A stretch of DNA of 64,000 bases from Gemmatimonadota bacterium (lineage in GTDB: Bacteria > Gemmatimonadota > Gemmatimonadetes > Palauibacterales > Palauibacteraceae), in the NCBI GenBank assembly GCA_963666735.1, contig OY762926.1, positions 448,001 through 512,000 of the forward strand, written 5' to 3'. Below are positions 19,384 to 29,509 of the stretch, piece by piece. Numbering within the stretch: the stretch's first letter is position 1; every line of letters starts with the position of its first letter. The notes under the pieces are model-generated. The model did no database searches. It was not told the DNA's origin and saw only the letters and a program-made list of their open reading frames with translations. The position numbers were made by a program, and so were the translations under genes.

Positions 19384-20443
19384 GAAGGTCCGCCATGAGT
19401 CCGCCGAGGACCGGCAGAAACTTGAACGCGTGACCCGAGCCCCCCGCGAAGATGGCGATGCGGGAATGGTCGGGGTGGCGGTCCAGAATGAAGTCCTCGT
19501 CGGGCGTGTTCGTGTAGAGGCAGACGGACGCGTGGGTGAGGGGGCCCGCCACGCCCGGCGCGTGCCGCGCGAACAGCCTCCGCAGTGCCTCCGCCCCGGC
19601 GTCGCCCGCCTCGCGGTCGACCCGCTCGATATCGGTTCCGCGTCCCGCCTGGAAGTGCATCCCCGCCTTGAGGCCTCGCGCCGTCGGGGGGAAGCCGTAC
19701 CAGGTGCCCTCCCGTTCGAGTTCCCACACCCAGGCGGGACCCTCCGCCAGCGCGCCCGCATGCTCCCCGGCAGGTTCGAACCAGTACTGCACCGTGCGCT
19801 CCACTTCGAGCGGGAGGGCCAGCCCGGGAAGCAATTGCGGCGTCCAGGCTCCCGCCGCGATTGCTAGCCGCCGCGCCGCGTATTCCCCTCGTTCGGTCCG
19901 GATCCGGACGCCCGAGGCCGACGCGGACCACTCGATCGCGGGCTCGTCGAAGCGCAGGTCCGCGCCCTCCGCCGCCTCCAGCGTCGCTTCGAGACAGGCC
20001 TCCAGCGAGAGAATCGCGGCGCCCGGTTCGTAGATGGCGACGGTCCCCGGATCCGGCCGAAGCCAGGGGAAGCGCTCGGCGACCTCCTCCGCGGAGAGAA
20101 AGAGGTCGTCGGTGTCCGGCTGCGCGACGCCGCGCAGCGGGCTCCCCGCGAACACGCGGCCATCCGGCGGCCCCATCATGAGGGCGCCCGCAGTCCGCAC
20201 CAGGCTCCTGCCGGACGTGCGTTCGAGGTGCGCCCAGCTCCGGTGGGCATCGCGAACCAGCGGCACGTAGGGAGAACCCCGATACCAGGCCTCGCGGATC
20301 ATCCGCGTGTCGCTGTGGGCCGATCCCATCGTGTGCGGGGGCGCGTAGCGGTCGAATCCCACCACCGCATGTCCGCGCCGGACCAATTCGGCCGCAGTCG
20401 CGCTTCCGATGGCTCCGAGCCCGATGACGGCGAAGTCGTGCAT
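19325..20443 (-). CDS. solA: N-methyl-L-tryptophan/sarcosine oxidase family flavoprotein
   Basis: VIGLGAIGS, GSAHSDTRMIR, CLYTNTPDEDFILD, GSGHAFKF. Overlaps the czcA 3' end by 59 nt. Confidence 0.85.
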   Translation of the reverse strand: MHDFAVIGLGAIGSATAAELVRRGHAVVGFDRYAPPHTMGSAHSDTRMIREAWYRGSPYVPLVRDAHRSWAHLERTSGRSLVRTAGALMMGPPDGRVFAGSPLRGVAQPDTDDLFLSAEEVAERFPWLRPDPGTVAIYEPGAAILSLEACLEATLEAAEGADLRFDEPAIEWSASASGVRIRTERGEYAARRLAIAAGAWTPQLLPGLALPLEVERTVQYWFEPAGEHAGALAEGPAWVWELEREGTWYGFPPTARGLKAGMHFQAGRGTDIERVDREAGDAGAEALRRLFARHAPGVAGPLTHASVCLYTNTPDEDFILDRHPDHSRIAIFAGGSGHAFKFLPVLGGLMADLLTDEPPSRDLSPFSLGRFR

Positions 20444-20459
20444 GGCGAGGCGGACCGGC

Positions 20460-22217
20460 TCAGTTTCCGATTCTGGGGAAAACGAGCTGCTGATCCGCCT
20501 CCACCACCGACACGGCCCCCGCGATGCCCTCCGCGATTTCGAACACGAGCTGCACGGCCGAACCGTGCAGCAGGAAAGTCGTCGGGGACTGGGGGAGCAG
20601 CGGAAACGCGTCCTCGCCCGTGCGGGCGGCCATGAGAACGCCATCCTCGAGCGTGACGGTCAGGGTCGTGGCCGGGTCGACCCGGTACTCGCCCGCCAGA
20701 GAGGACAGATCCCCGGGCTCCACGCGCACGACGGGGAGCCGCAGCGCCGGATCGGGTTCGACGCCCAGATCGGACAGGCGCTCAAGAAGGCGGGGCATGC
20801 CGGGGTTGTATGTCAGCGCGTCCCGGATGTGGGCGGACGCCGCTTCCGGGGCCCCGACTTCCTCGTGAAGTTCGGACAGCGCGAAGCGGACGAGAGGGGT
20901 CTCGGGCGTTCCGGCCGCGTAGGCCTCGAGGATCGCAATGGCCGTATCCGGGTCGTCCTCCCGGAAATGGCCCGCGAACCGCAGGATCTGGCCGGAGGAG
21001 TAGTCGTATTCCTCCGGTCGCGTCCGCCGCCAGTTGTCGTACCTCGACATCGCCGCCTCGACCCCGCCCGCCTGGACGATCGGCAGCAGCCGCTCCGCGA
21101 TCGACGGTTTCGGCCGCACGGCTTCGGCGCCCCACAGCACATTCGTCAGACCCTGCACGAGCGGTCCCAGGTCGGAGGATGTGTTGTCCAGCAGCACGAT
21201 GAGGCGTCCGTGGTCCGGGAAGACGCGCAGGTGGGAGGAGAAGCCGAAGATCCCTCCCGAGTGTTCGATCGCGCGCACGCCGAGGTCGCGCTCGATATCC
21301 CGCCTCCGCACGCCCACGCCGTACCCGTACGACCCGGATTCGAGGCCCGGGGTCGTCATCCGCGCCAGCGTCTCCGTATCCCGGAACAGGTTCCCTTCAA
21401 CGAAGAGGCCCGTGGCCCAGCGAGCGAGGTCGCCGACGGTGGAGTACAGCATGCCGGCGGAGTAGGGCACGGACGGGTCGATGAGACGCGCCGGCCGATA
21501 GCCGACGAGATCGCGGGTGTGTCCGCGTGCGTGGCCCTCCGGCGGCCAAAGCCCGTAATCGTATCCGGTATCGCGCAGTTCCAGCGGGTCGAGCACGTAC
21601 GTGCGGAGCGCTTCGTCGTAGCTCAAGCCGGTGACCCGTTCCGCGATCCAGCCGAGGAGCACGTAGCCCGAGTTCGAATACTCGAAGTCGGTCCCCGGTT
21701 CGAACGAAGGCGGATCTTCCCACGTGAGGGCGATGATCTCGTCCGGCGAGAACGGGGTCGCGGCCTCCCACTCCATGAACCCCGGCATGTTCGTGTAGCT
21801 CGGCAGCCCCGATGTGTGGGTGAGCAGGTGGTGGAGCGTGATTCGTTCCGCGTATTCCGGCGGATATTCCTCGATATGGCGGCCCACGGGATCCTCGACC
21901 CGCAGCAGTCCCTCCTCCTCGAGTCTGAGGATCAGCGCGGCCGTGAACTGCTTCGTCAGCGAGGCGATGCGGAACCGCGTGCTCAGGGCATTGGCGCCCC
22001 CTGCCGTGAAGTCGGATTGGCCGAACGCTCCCTCGAACAGGACCTCGCCGTCATCGACGATCAGGGCCGCGCCGTTGAAGAGTCCCAGATCATGGAAGGA
22101 CCGGAGGTAGCCTTCCGCGCGGCCGGCACGCGACTGCGCCTCGACGGCGGACGCGAGCCCGAAGGCGAGCACCGCGGCAAGACCGTACTTCCAGGCGGAT
22201 TTTCTGTGCCGATACAA
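20460..22217 (-). CDS. Secreted serine hydrolase (beta-lactamase class C-like) with TPR-like and C-terminal domains
   Basis: FRIASLTKQF (SxxK), LLTHTSG, YSNSGY, HSG. Probable TTG start. Confidence 0.9.
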   Translation of the reverse strand: MYRHRKSAWKYGLAAVLAFGLASAVEAQSRAGRAEGYLRSFHDLGLFNGAALIVDDGEVLFEGAFGQSDFTAGGANALSTRFRIASLTKQFTAALILRLEEEGLLRVEDPVGRHIEEYPPEYAERITLHHLLTHTSGLPSYTNMPGFMEWEAATPFSPDEIIALTWEDPPSFEPGTDFEYSNSGYVLLGWIAERVTGLSYDEALRTYVLDPLELRDTGYDYGLWPPEGHARGHTRDLVGYRPARLIDPSVPYSAGMLYSTVGDLARWATGLFVEGNLFRDTETLARMTTPGLESGSYGYGVGVRRRDIERDLGVRAIEHSGGIFGFSSHLRVFPDHGRLIVLLDNTSSDLGPLVQGLTNVLWGAEAVRPKPSIAERLLPIVQAGGVEAAMSRYDNWRRTRPEEYDYSSGQILRFAGHFREDDPDTAIAILEAYAAGTPETPLVRFALSELHEEVGAPEAASAHIRDALTYNPGMPRLLERLSDLGVEPDPALRLPVVRVEPGDLSSLAGEYRVDPATTLTVTLEDGVLMAARTGEDAFPLLPQSPTTFLLHGSAVQLVFEIAEGIAGAVSVVEADQQLVFPRIGN

Positions 22218-22301
22218 GCGGGATCCTTCCGTAGAGCGGCAAGGAGCCGGCAAGGAGCCGGAAAGCTCGCGTCCCCCGAACGAAAGAGATAGGATCGCAT
22301 C

Positions 22302-23834
22302 ATGCGCTCGAACTCAAGTCGGCAGCGGTCCCGGATCCTGGAACTGGAGGAGGCTGCGCGGCCGCTCGACCCCGACGCGGGCGAGCGCGACCGCCTCATG
22401 GCCGAAGTACACGCCTACGCGCAGGGGTTCCTGAGCGGGCTTCCCGAACGACCCGCCTACCGGCAGGACAAGTCGGCCGTCGCGAAGATCCGGGAACTCG
22501 GCGTCGGGAGCGACGCGCGGTCCGTGGAGCGGTCCATCGAGCGGCTCATCGAGCGGATCGATGAATCCGTCGTGGGGGCGGGACTCGTGCCCTCCCACGG
22601 CGGGCACCTCGGGTACATCCCCGGCGGCGGCATCTACGCCTCTTCGCTCGCCGACTACCTCGCGGCCGTCACGAACGAATACGCCGGCGTGCGCTTTACG
22701 GGCCCCGGCGCCGTCGAGATGGAGAACGTCGTGCTCGGCTGGATGGCGCGTTTCACGGGGTATCCGGCCACATGCGCGGGGAACCTTGCCTCGGGAGGCT
22801 CGATCGCGAGCCTGATCGCCGTCGTCACCGCCCGCGAGGCGGCCGGACTTCGCGCCCGCGACTACGAGCGGGCGGTCGTCTACTCGTCGTCCCACCTGCA
22901 CCACTGCCTGCACAAGGCGCTCAGAATGGCCGGCGTGGGAGAGGCGGTGCGGCGCGATGTCCCGCTGGACGGGGACTTTCGGATGCGGGCGAACGCGCTC
23001 GCCGAACTCGTGGCGGAGGACCGCGCGCGCGGACTCCGCCCCTGGCTCGTATTCGCATCGGCCGGCACGGTGGACATCGGCGCCATCGACCCGCTCGCCG
23101 AGATCGGGGACGTGGCCGAGCGCGAGGATCTCTGGTTCCACGTGGACGGTGCCTACGGCGGCTTTTTCGGCCTGCTCGAGGAGATCCGGCCCGCGCTGGC
23201 GGGGCTGGAACGCTCGGATTCCCTCGTTCTCGATCCGCACAAGGGCATGTTCCTCCCCTACGGAACGGGCGCCGTGCTGGTTCGCGACGGAAAGGCCCTG
23301 GCCGAGGCGCACGCGTCCGGCGCCAGCTATCTGCAGGACACGGTCGAGGCCGAGCGCTGGGGACCCTCTCCCGCCGCCGTGTCGCCCGAGCTCACGAAGC
23401 ACTTTCGCGGACTGCGGGTCTGGCTGCCCCTTCTTCTTCACGGGGAGGGCCCGTTCAGGGCCTGCCTCCGTGAGAAGCTCGAACTCGCGCGATACTTCCA
23501 CGGCAAGATCGAGGCGCTCGGGTTCGAGGTGGGGCCGGAGCCGCAACTCTCCGTGGTGACCTACCGCTGGGTGCCGGAGTTCGGCGACGCGAACGCATTC
23601 AACCGGGCCCTCGTGGAAGAGACGCACCGCGATGGCCGGATCTTCCTCTCCTCGACGACGATCGATGGGACGGTCTGGCTGCGGATGGCGGCGCTCGCCT
23701 TCCGCACGCACCTCCATACCATCGACCTGGCGCTCGAAGTCCTTGCGGAGGCCGTGGAGCGGCTCGCGGCCCACCCCGAGCGCTGGCGCTCCGCGCCACG
23801 CGCCGAAGCTCTCGCCGGAGGAAGCGGCGGCTGA
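22302..23834 (+). CDS. Group II PLP-dependent decarboxylase (aromatic L-amino acid decarboxylase-like)
   Basis: SGGSIASL, AGTVDIGAIDPL, WFHVDGAYGG, DPHKGMFLPYG. Confidence 0.9.
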   Translation: MRSNSSRQRSRILELEEAARPLDPDAGERDRLMAEVHAYAQGFLSGLPERPAYRQDKSAVAKIRELGVGSDARSVERSIERLIERIDESVVGAGLVPSHGGHLGYIPGGGIYASSLADYLAAVTNEYAGVRFTGPGAVEMENVVLGWMARFTGYPATCAGNLASGGSIASLIAVVTAREAAGLRARDYERAVVYSSSHLHHCLHKALRMAGVGEAVRRDVPLDGDFRMRANALAELVAEDRARGLRPWLVFASAGTVDIGAIDPLAEIGDVAEREDLWFHVDGAYGGFFGLLEEIRPALAGLERSDSLVLDPHKGMFLPYGTGAVLVRDGKALAEAHASGASYLQDTVEAERWGPSPAAVSPELTKHFRGLRVWLPLLLHGEGPFRACLREKLELARYFHGKIEALGFEVGPEPQLSVVTYRWVPEFGDANAFNRALVEETHRDGRIFLSSTTIDGTVWLRMAALAFRTHLHTIDLALEVLAEAVERLAAHPERWRSAPRAEALAGGSGG

Positions 23835-25606
23835 TGGCGGGCTCCAGCCCCGCGCTCCCCCGCCAGGACGTGCGCTTCGAGCCGGACGAGCGCCCCCCGC
23901 TGCCCATCGCCGCCGGACTCGGCCTCCAGTACGCGCTCATCTGCCTCGCCAGCATCGTGCTCACGCCGACGGTGATGATCACGGTTGCGGGCGGCAGCGA
24001 CGCCTACCTGTCGTGGGCGGTGTTCGCGGCCCTCCTCATCAGCGGGCTCACGACGGCGATCCAGGCGCGCAGCGTGGGGCGGATCGGCGCGGGCTACATC
24101 CTCGTCATGGGGAGCACGAGCGCCTTCCTCGCGGTGAGCGTATCCGCCCTCGAGCAGGGAGGGCCGGGGATGCTCGCGCTCCTGATCATCGCGTCCTCGC
24201 TGATTCAGTTCGTTCTCGCCTCCAGGATGGCGTTGTTGCGGCGGATCTTCACGCCCACCGTGGCGGGCACCGTGCTCATGCTCATCCCGGTGACGCTCGC
24301 CCCGATGATCCTGCAGAAGCTGGGTGAGGTGCCGATGGGGGCATCGCCGGCCGCGGGGCCGGTCACGGCAATCGTGACGTTGGCGGTCATGGTGCTGGTT
24401 CCGCTCAGGTTTTCCGGCGCGCTTCGGCTCTGGGCACCGGCCCTGGGGATCGTCGCAGGGTGTCTCGTCGCCGGCCTCGGGTTCGGGATCTACGACCTGT
24501 CCACCGTCTCCGCGGCCCGCTGGATCGGCCTGCCGGACCTGGCATATCCCGGGCTCGACCTGAGTCTCCGGCCCGAGTTCTGGGCCCTGCTGCCGTCCTT
24601 CGTGATGGTGACGCTCGTGGGCGCCATGGACACGCTCGGGGACGCGATCGCGATTCAGAGGGTCTCATGGCGCAGGCCGCGCGCCATCGACTTTCGCTCC
24701 ATCCAGGGCGCGATCTCCGCTGACGGCGTGGGAAATCTCCTCTCGGGTCTCGCGGGAACCGTGCCGAATACGACCTACGGCATGAGCATCGCCGTCGCCG
24801 AACTCACCGGCGTCGCCTCCCGAGCCATCGGGATCTGCGTCGGCATCGTCTTCATGGCGTTCGCCTTTCTGCCGAAACTCCTCTCCCTCATCATCGCGAT
24901 ACCGGGCCCGGTCGTGGCGGCCTACTTCGTCGTGATCGTGGCGTTGATCTTCGTCTTCGGGATGAAGATCCTGCTCCAGGAGGGGCTGGATTATCGCAAC
25001 GGCCTCGTGGTCGGCGTCGCGTTCTGGATGGGGATCGCCTTCCAGTTCGACTGGATCTACCCCGAATACTTCCAGGGGGCCTGGGCGGAACTCCTCGGCA
25101 ACGGCATGACTGTCGGCGGTTTCACGGTGATCCTCCTCACGATCCTCGGGACCGGCGGCCGTCGGTCCCGATTGAAGACGCGGTTGTCGGACGATACCTG
25201 GTCGGAGGTCGACGCCTTCCTGGTGAGGTTCGCCGCGCGCAACGGCTGGGACGAGGACATGGAAACGCGTCTGCGCGCGGTGGGCGAAGAGACGGTGCAT
25301 ATCCTCGCCCGCGAGAAGGCGCGGGATGCGCGCGATGCGCCGGAAGTGACGCGCAATCTGTTGGTCATCGCGCGCGGCGATGGTCCCTCGGCGGATATCG
25401 AGTTCATTGCGACGTCGGACGAGAAGAACGTCGAGGATCAGTTGGCGATGCTCAGCGAGGCGGCCGTGGGCGTCCCCGTCGAAGCGGAGACGCCGCTGCG
25501 GCTGCTGAGGCACTACGCTTCCTCGATCCGCCACCAGCAGTACCACGACATCGATATCCTCACGATCCGCGTCGAGTCCGCCCGCCAGGTGGCCAGGGAC
25601 TTCTAG
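23834..25606 (+). CDS. NCS2 (xanthine/uracil) permease with extra soluble C-terminal domain
   Basis: PDERPP, GLQY, FTPTVAG, ADGVG, LTGVASR, IPGPV, then about 145 hydrophilic residues. Confidence 0.85.
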   Translation: MAGSSPALPRQDVRFEPDERPPLPIAAGLGLQYALICLASIVLTPTVMITVAGGSDAYLSWAVFAALLISGLTTAIQARSVGRIGAGYILVMGSTSAFLAVSVSALEQGGPGMLALLIIASSLIQFVLASRMALLRRIFTPTVAGTVLMLIPVTLAPMILQKLGEVPMGASPAAGPVTAIVTLAVMVLVPLRFSGALRLWAPALGIVAGCLVAGLGFGIYDLSTVSAARWIGLPDLAYPGLDLSLRPEFWALLPSFVMVTLVGAMDTLGDAIAIQRVSWRRPRAIDFRSIQGAISADGVGNLLSGLAGTVPNTTYGMSIAVAELTGVASRAIGICVGIVFMAFAFLPKLLSLIIAIPGPVVAAYFVVIVALIFVFGMKILLQEGLDYRNGLVVGVAFWMGIAFQFDWIYPEYFQGAWAELLGNGMTVGGFTVILLTILGTGGRRSRLKTRLSDDTWSEVDAFLVRFAARNGWDEDMETRLRAVGEETVHILAREKARDARDAPEVTRNLLVIARGDGPSADIEFIATSDEKNVEDQLAMLSEAAVGVPVEAETPLRLLRHYASSIRHQQYHDIDILTIRVESARQVARDF

Positions 25607-26691
25607 CCCGGAACGATAATCGCCTTCGTGACGGCGAGCCGCTCGACATCGGCGAGCGCCTGAGCGGTGTCCTCGAGGTCGTATTCTCCCCCGATCACGC
25701 GGGCGAAGGGAAGGCGGTGTCGGGCGAGCAGGTCCAGCGCGCGTGAGACGTGCGGCAGTTCGGTTCCCCAGCGTCCCTTCACGGTCGCGTGCTTCCGGTT
25801 GATGTCGAGGTGCGGGTTGATGGAGACGGGTCCGGCGTCCGTGTAGTGGCCCGCCACGACGTAGGTGCCTCCGTCGCGGAGGAGGGCGAACCCCTCCGGG
25901 ATCGCGGCCGGGTTGCCGCTCGCCTCGATGACGACATCGGCGCCCCGGCCCTCCGTGAGGCCGGCCACGCTTGCCGACCGGCCGGGGCCCGACGTTTGGC
26001 TCAGGGAGAGGGTGACGTCGGCGCCCATCGCGGTGGCGAGGTCGAGGCGATCGCCGGGGTCGCCGATGACCGCGAGGAGGCCGCAGCCCCTGACCCGGGC
26101 GAAGGCGGCTGCCGCGAGGCCGACGGGGCCGGAGCCCTGGACGACGACCGTGTCGCCCGGCCGCAGGTCCGATCGCTCGACAGCTCCGAAACCGGTGAAG
26201 AGCCCGCAGCCGCCTCCGATGACGTCCGCTGTCGCGAGTCCCTCGGGCAGCTTGAAGATGGACGTGTCGGCGGTGAGCCGCATGGAGGTCGCCCACCCTC
26301 CGAGCAGTCCCTCGCGGGCGCTGAACGTGATGCCGTAGACGCGGCGGTGCGGGCACAGGTTCGGCTGCCGCGCCGCGGAACAGTAGAAGCAGCGGTGGCA
26401 TGTGCCCACCACGTCGAAGAAGGTGACGGTGTCCCCCTCCGCGAGCGGCCGCCCCGCGGCGTCGAAGCTCGGTCCGCGGGTCTCCCGCACGCGTCCCACG
26501 CTCACGTGCCCCGGGATGATGGGCCAGGGGACGCCGGCAAGGCGCCCGTGGAAGAGGTGGACATCGGTTCCGCACACCTCGCTCGCCTCGATCTCCAGCC
26601 ACGTCTCGCCCGGTCCGAGGTCGGGGTCATCGAAGTCCCGAATCTCGAGCGGCTGTCCCGGTCCCGTCATCACTGACGCGCGTTGTGGCAC
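25603..26691 (-). CDS. Zinc-binding alcohol dehydrogenase (MDR family)
   Basis: VCGTDVH, IPGH, CHRCFYC...C, QGSGPVG. Confidence 0.9.
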   Translation of the reverse strand: MPQRASVMTGPGQPLEIRDFDDPDLGPGETWLEIEASEVCGTDVHLFHGRLAGVPWPIIPGHVSVGRVRETRGPSFDAAGRPLAEGDTVTFFDVVGTCHRCFYCSAARQPNLCPHRRVYGITFSAREGLLGGWATSMRLTADTSIFKLPEGLATADVIGGGCGLFTGFGAVERSDLRPGDTVVVQGSGPVGLAAAAFARVRGCGLLAVIGDPGDRLDLATAMGADVTLSLSQTSGPGRSASVAGLTEGRGADVVIEASGNPAAIPEGFALLRDGGTYVVAGHYTDAGPVSINPHLDINRKHATVKGRWGTELPHVSRALDLLARHRLPFARVIGGEYDLEDTAQALADVERLAVTKAIIVPG

Positions 26692-26780
26692 TTCGCCTCC
26701 CGTCCGCGGAGTTCTCAGGTCGGCTTCCGTCGCGTATCATACGGCCTCACCAGCGGGAGATGAGAATGTTCGGAGCCCAC

Positions 26781-28043
26781 ATGCGAAACCGTAAGCGAGC
26801 CCGTTTCGGCGGGCCGATCCGTTCCCTCGCCGTCGCCGCGGTCCTGTTCGGGTGCGTCGGCGAGGCGGAACGCCAGATGTCGTTGGAGTCGGGAGACGTG
26901 GAGTTCGAGCGGCCCTCCCCGAGCGGCGAGCCGTCCCTGGCCCTTGGGGCCGAGGGCCGCGCGATCCTGACATGGATCGAGCCGGAGGACGGCGTGTCCG
27001 CGCTGCGACTGGCGATTCGCGACGGAGGCGGCTGGTCCGCCCCGCGTACCGTGTGGGCGTCGGAGGCGATGTTCGTGAACTGGGCGGATTTCCCCTCGTC
27101 GGTCGAGATGCCCGACGGCACCCTCGCCGTCCACTGGCTGGAGAAGGTCGCCGACGCGCCGTACGCGTACCACGTCATGCTGGCGCTTTCTTCGGATGAC
27201 GGGATGACGTGGACGGAGCCGCTCCGCGCCCACGACGACGAGTCTCCGACCGAGCACGGCTTCGTGTCGATGGTCCCGTGGCGGGACGGCGCGGGGCTCA
27301 CATGGCTCGATGCCCGCGCGATGGCGGGCGAGTCCGGCGGGGGCGAGCACGTGGGGGGCGAGGGCGGAGTGGAGCGTGGAGCCATGTCCGTCCGCTTCCG
27401 GACGCTCGCGCCGGACGGCCGGTTGGGCCCCGAAGTGCTGCTCGACGACCGGACGTGCGAGTGCTGCCAGACGGCCCTGGCCCGGGTCGGGGACGGGTTG
27501 GTCGCCGCCTACCGCGACCGGAGCGAGTCCGAAGTCCGCGACATCGCCGTGGTGCGCGGGGCGGGGGAGCGCTGGACGGAGCCCGCTCCGCTGTCGACCG
27601 ACGGCTGGGTCATCCCCGGCTGCCCCGTGAACGGGCCGCAGTTGAGCGGCGACGGAGGGGCGCTCGTCTCGGCCTGGTACACGGGCGTCGGCGGCACGCC
27701 GCAGGTGTACGTCACCTTCTCCGGAGACGGCGGTGCGACCTTCGGCCCCCGCATCCGAGTCGACGAGGGGCTGCCGCTGGGCCGCGTGGACATCGAGCGA
27801 CTCGAAGACGGTTCGGCGGTCGTCGTGTGGCTCGAAGCCTCGAGCGACACGCCGCGCGTCCTCGCCCGTCGCGTCCATCCCGATGGGTCGCTGGAGGCCC
27901 CGCTCCTGATCTCGGAGACCGCCGGCGAACGCTCGAGCGGATTCCCGCGCATGGCGCGGCTGGGGGACGAACTCCTGTTCGCGTGGACGATTCCCGGCGA
28001 GGGTGGCGGCGTCCGCGTCCGCGCCGTCCGACTCTCCGACTGA
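26781..28043 (+). CDS. BNR/sialidase-like beta-propeller lipoprotein
   Basis: Lipobox LFGC, Asp-boxes SSDDGMTW and SGDGGATF, FVNWADFP, CECC, GCPVNGP. Confidence 0.85.
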   Translation: MRNRKRARFGGPIRSLAVAAVLFGCVGEAERQMSLESGDVEFERPSPSGEPSLALGAEGRAILTWIEPEDGVSALRLAIRDGGGWSAPRTVWASEAMFVNWADFPSSVEMPDGTLAVHWLEKVADAPYAYHVMLALSSDDGMTWTEPLRAHDDESPTEHGFVSMVPWRDGAGLTWLDARAMAGESGGGEHVGGEGGVERGAMSVRFRTLAPDGRLGPEVLLDDRTCECCQTALARVGDGLVAAYRDRSESEVRDIAVVRGAGERWTEPAPLSTDGWVIPGCPVNGPQLSGDGGALVSAWYTGVGGTPQVYVTFSGDGGATFGPRIRVDEGLPLGRVDIERLEDGSAVVVWLEASSDTPRVLARRVHPDGSLEAPLLISETAGERSSGFPRMARLGDELLFAWTIPGEGGGVRVRAVRLSD

Positions 28044-28071
28044 ATCGCGCCGGGGTCGGTCCAGGCCGCGA

Positions 28072-29316
28072 TCACCCGCGGCGGCGCTCGAGGATCGCGC
28101 GGAAGGAGCGGGTCTCGAGTTCCTCCCTCGTGAGCCCCGAGCGCGCCGCCTCTTCCGCCGTCAGGGCGCCGCTCGCGAGCCCGCGCAGGAAGAAGTTCAG
28201 GAGGCCCTGGCCCGAGGCTTCGTCGTCGAACACGGATCCCGTGAGGACGGCCTGTCCGGCGGCGGACACGAAGCGGTCGAGGCGGCTCGCGGCCGCGTCC
28301 AGGCCCTCGATGAAGAAGGAGAAGACGGCCGCGTAGCGGGAGACGAGTTGTGCGGGATGCAGGTCCCAGCTCTGGTAGAAGCCCTGGCTCAGAGACCGCC
28401 GAACATCGGAGTAGTGCAGGCGCCATGCGTCGTGGACGACCGCCGCGTTCTCCGCCCGCTCGGCCGGCGAGGTCGCCGTCGTTCCTCGATGCGGTTCGAC
28501 GGGCAGCACATTCGTCGCCCCGTCCGAAAGCTGGATGCCGGTCCCGCCGAGAGAGAGCTGAAGGATCTGCCTCGCCATGTCGCACAACGGGTGCCCCAGC
28601 GTCTGCGCTTCCGCCGCCACCGCCACGGCGCCCGTGAGGTCGTACGCGCCGAGATGTACGGTGCGGCACCGCCCCCCCGCCGCCGCCACAAGGTCGGGCG
28701 CCGCGATCCGCCCGTCCGGCGCCACGAGCGACTGCGGCGTCTCGATCATGAGGTCGATGGCCACCCGCCTCTCCGGCAGGTCGAGCGCCGCCTCGAGCCG
28801 ATCCAGCGCCCCGGCGAGCCGTTCCACCTGCCGTGCCGCGGCGATCTTGGGAAGAAGCACGGCGAAACCGTCCGGCAGGTCGCGCCGGGTCCGGGCGAAC
28901 GCGGCAAGGAAGAGTTCCAGCGTGCGGAGCGCCCGCTCCCCCGTGACTTCGGACAGGGATTTGATGCGGATTCCGAGCGAGGATGGGAGACTGTGGGCCG
29001 CGACCCCCGCCGCGACCTCCTCCGCGGCCGTTGCCGCCGCTTCGTCTTCTTCCGCCTCGGACCGGGCACCGAACCCATCTTCGAAGTCGATCAGAAAGTT
29101 CTCGACGGGCGCACGTTCGAGCCTTGCGCGCACGCGCCCGTGCACCGCCTCCGCGATCCCGGAAGGAAGGCGATTTCCGAGCGCCTCCCCGAGAGCGGCG
29201 GGGTCCGCCGCGTACCGGTCGAGATAGCGCCCGGCGATCCGTCCGAGCTTCGCCGCCGTATCTCGCCGGAAGAGGTGAGCCCCGCCGGCCACCGTGTGCA
29301 CGGGCTGTCTTATCAT
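28072..29316 (-). CDS. DUF6986 / HpcH-HpaI aldolase-citrate lyase family protein
   Basis: RQPVHTV.GGAHLF, IDFEDGFG, MIETPQ, SDGATNVLP, GFYQSWDLHPAQL. Confidence 0.85.
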   Translation of the reverse strand: MIRQPVHTVAGGAHLFRRDTAAKLGRIAGRYLDRYAADPAALGEALGNRLPSGIAEAVHGRVRARLERAPVENFLIDFEDGFGARSEAEEDEAAATAAEEVAAGVAAHSLPSSLGIRIKSLSEVTGERALRTLELFLAAFARTRRDLPDGFAVLLPKIAAARQVERLAGALDRLEAALDLPERRVAIDLMIETPQSLVAPDGRIAAPDLVAAAGGRCRTVHLGAYDLTGAVAVAAEAQTLGHPLCDMARQILQLSLGGTGIQLSDGATNVLPVEPHRGTTATSPAERAENAAVVHDAWRLHYSDVRRSLSQGFYQSWDLHPAQLVSRYAAVFSFFIEGLDAAASRLDRFVSAAGQAVLTGSVFDDEASGQGLLNFFLRGLASGALTAEEAARSGLTREELETRSFRAILERRRG

Positions 29317-29509
29317 GGGCTCAACTTCCGCGGCCCCGGGCGCCGCAGCAACGATCCGCTCGCCATCGCCCGGCGATCCGGCCGCGGCCACCCGAAAAAC
29401 TGGCGACAAGCCGGTTCGTCCCCTACGATTGCGGACGGTTGTTTCACCACGCGACTCACGGGCCGGGGAACGCAGTGCCTGTCGGGCGGGGTAAGCCCGG
29501 GGAGAAACG

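Noticed and set aside
29424..29446. A further TGAAAC...CGTA site on the minus strand
   Set aside because: The spacer is only 13 nt. TACGAT fits better as a plus-strand -10 for the oxidoreductase operon.
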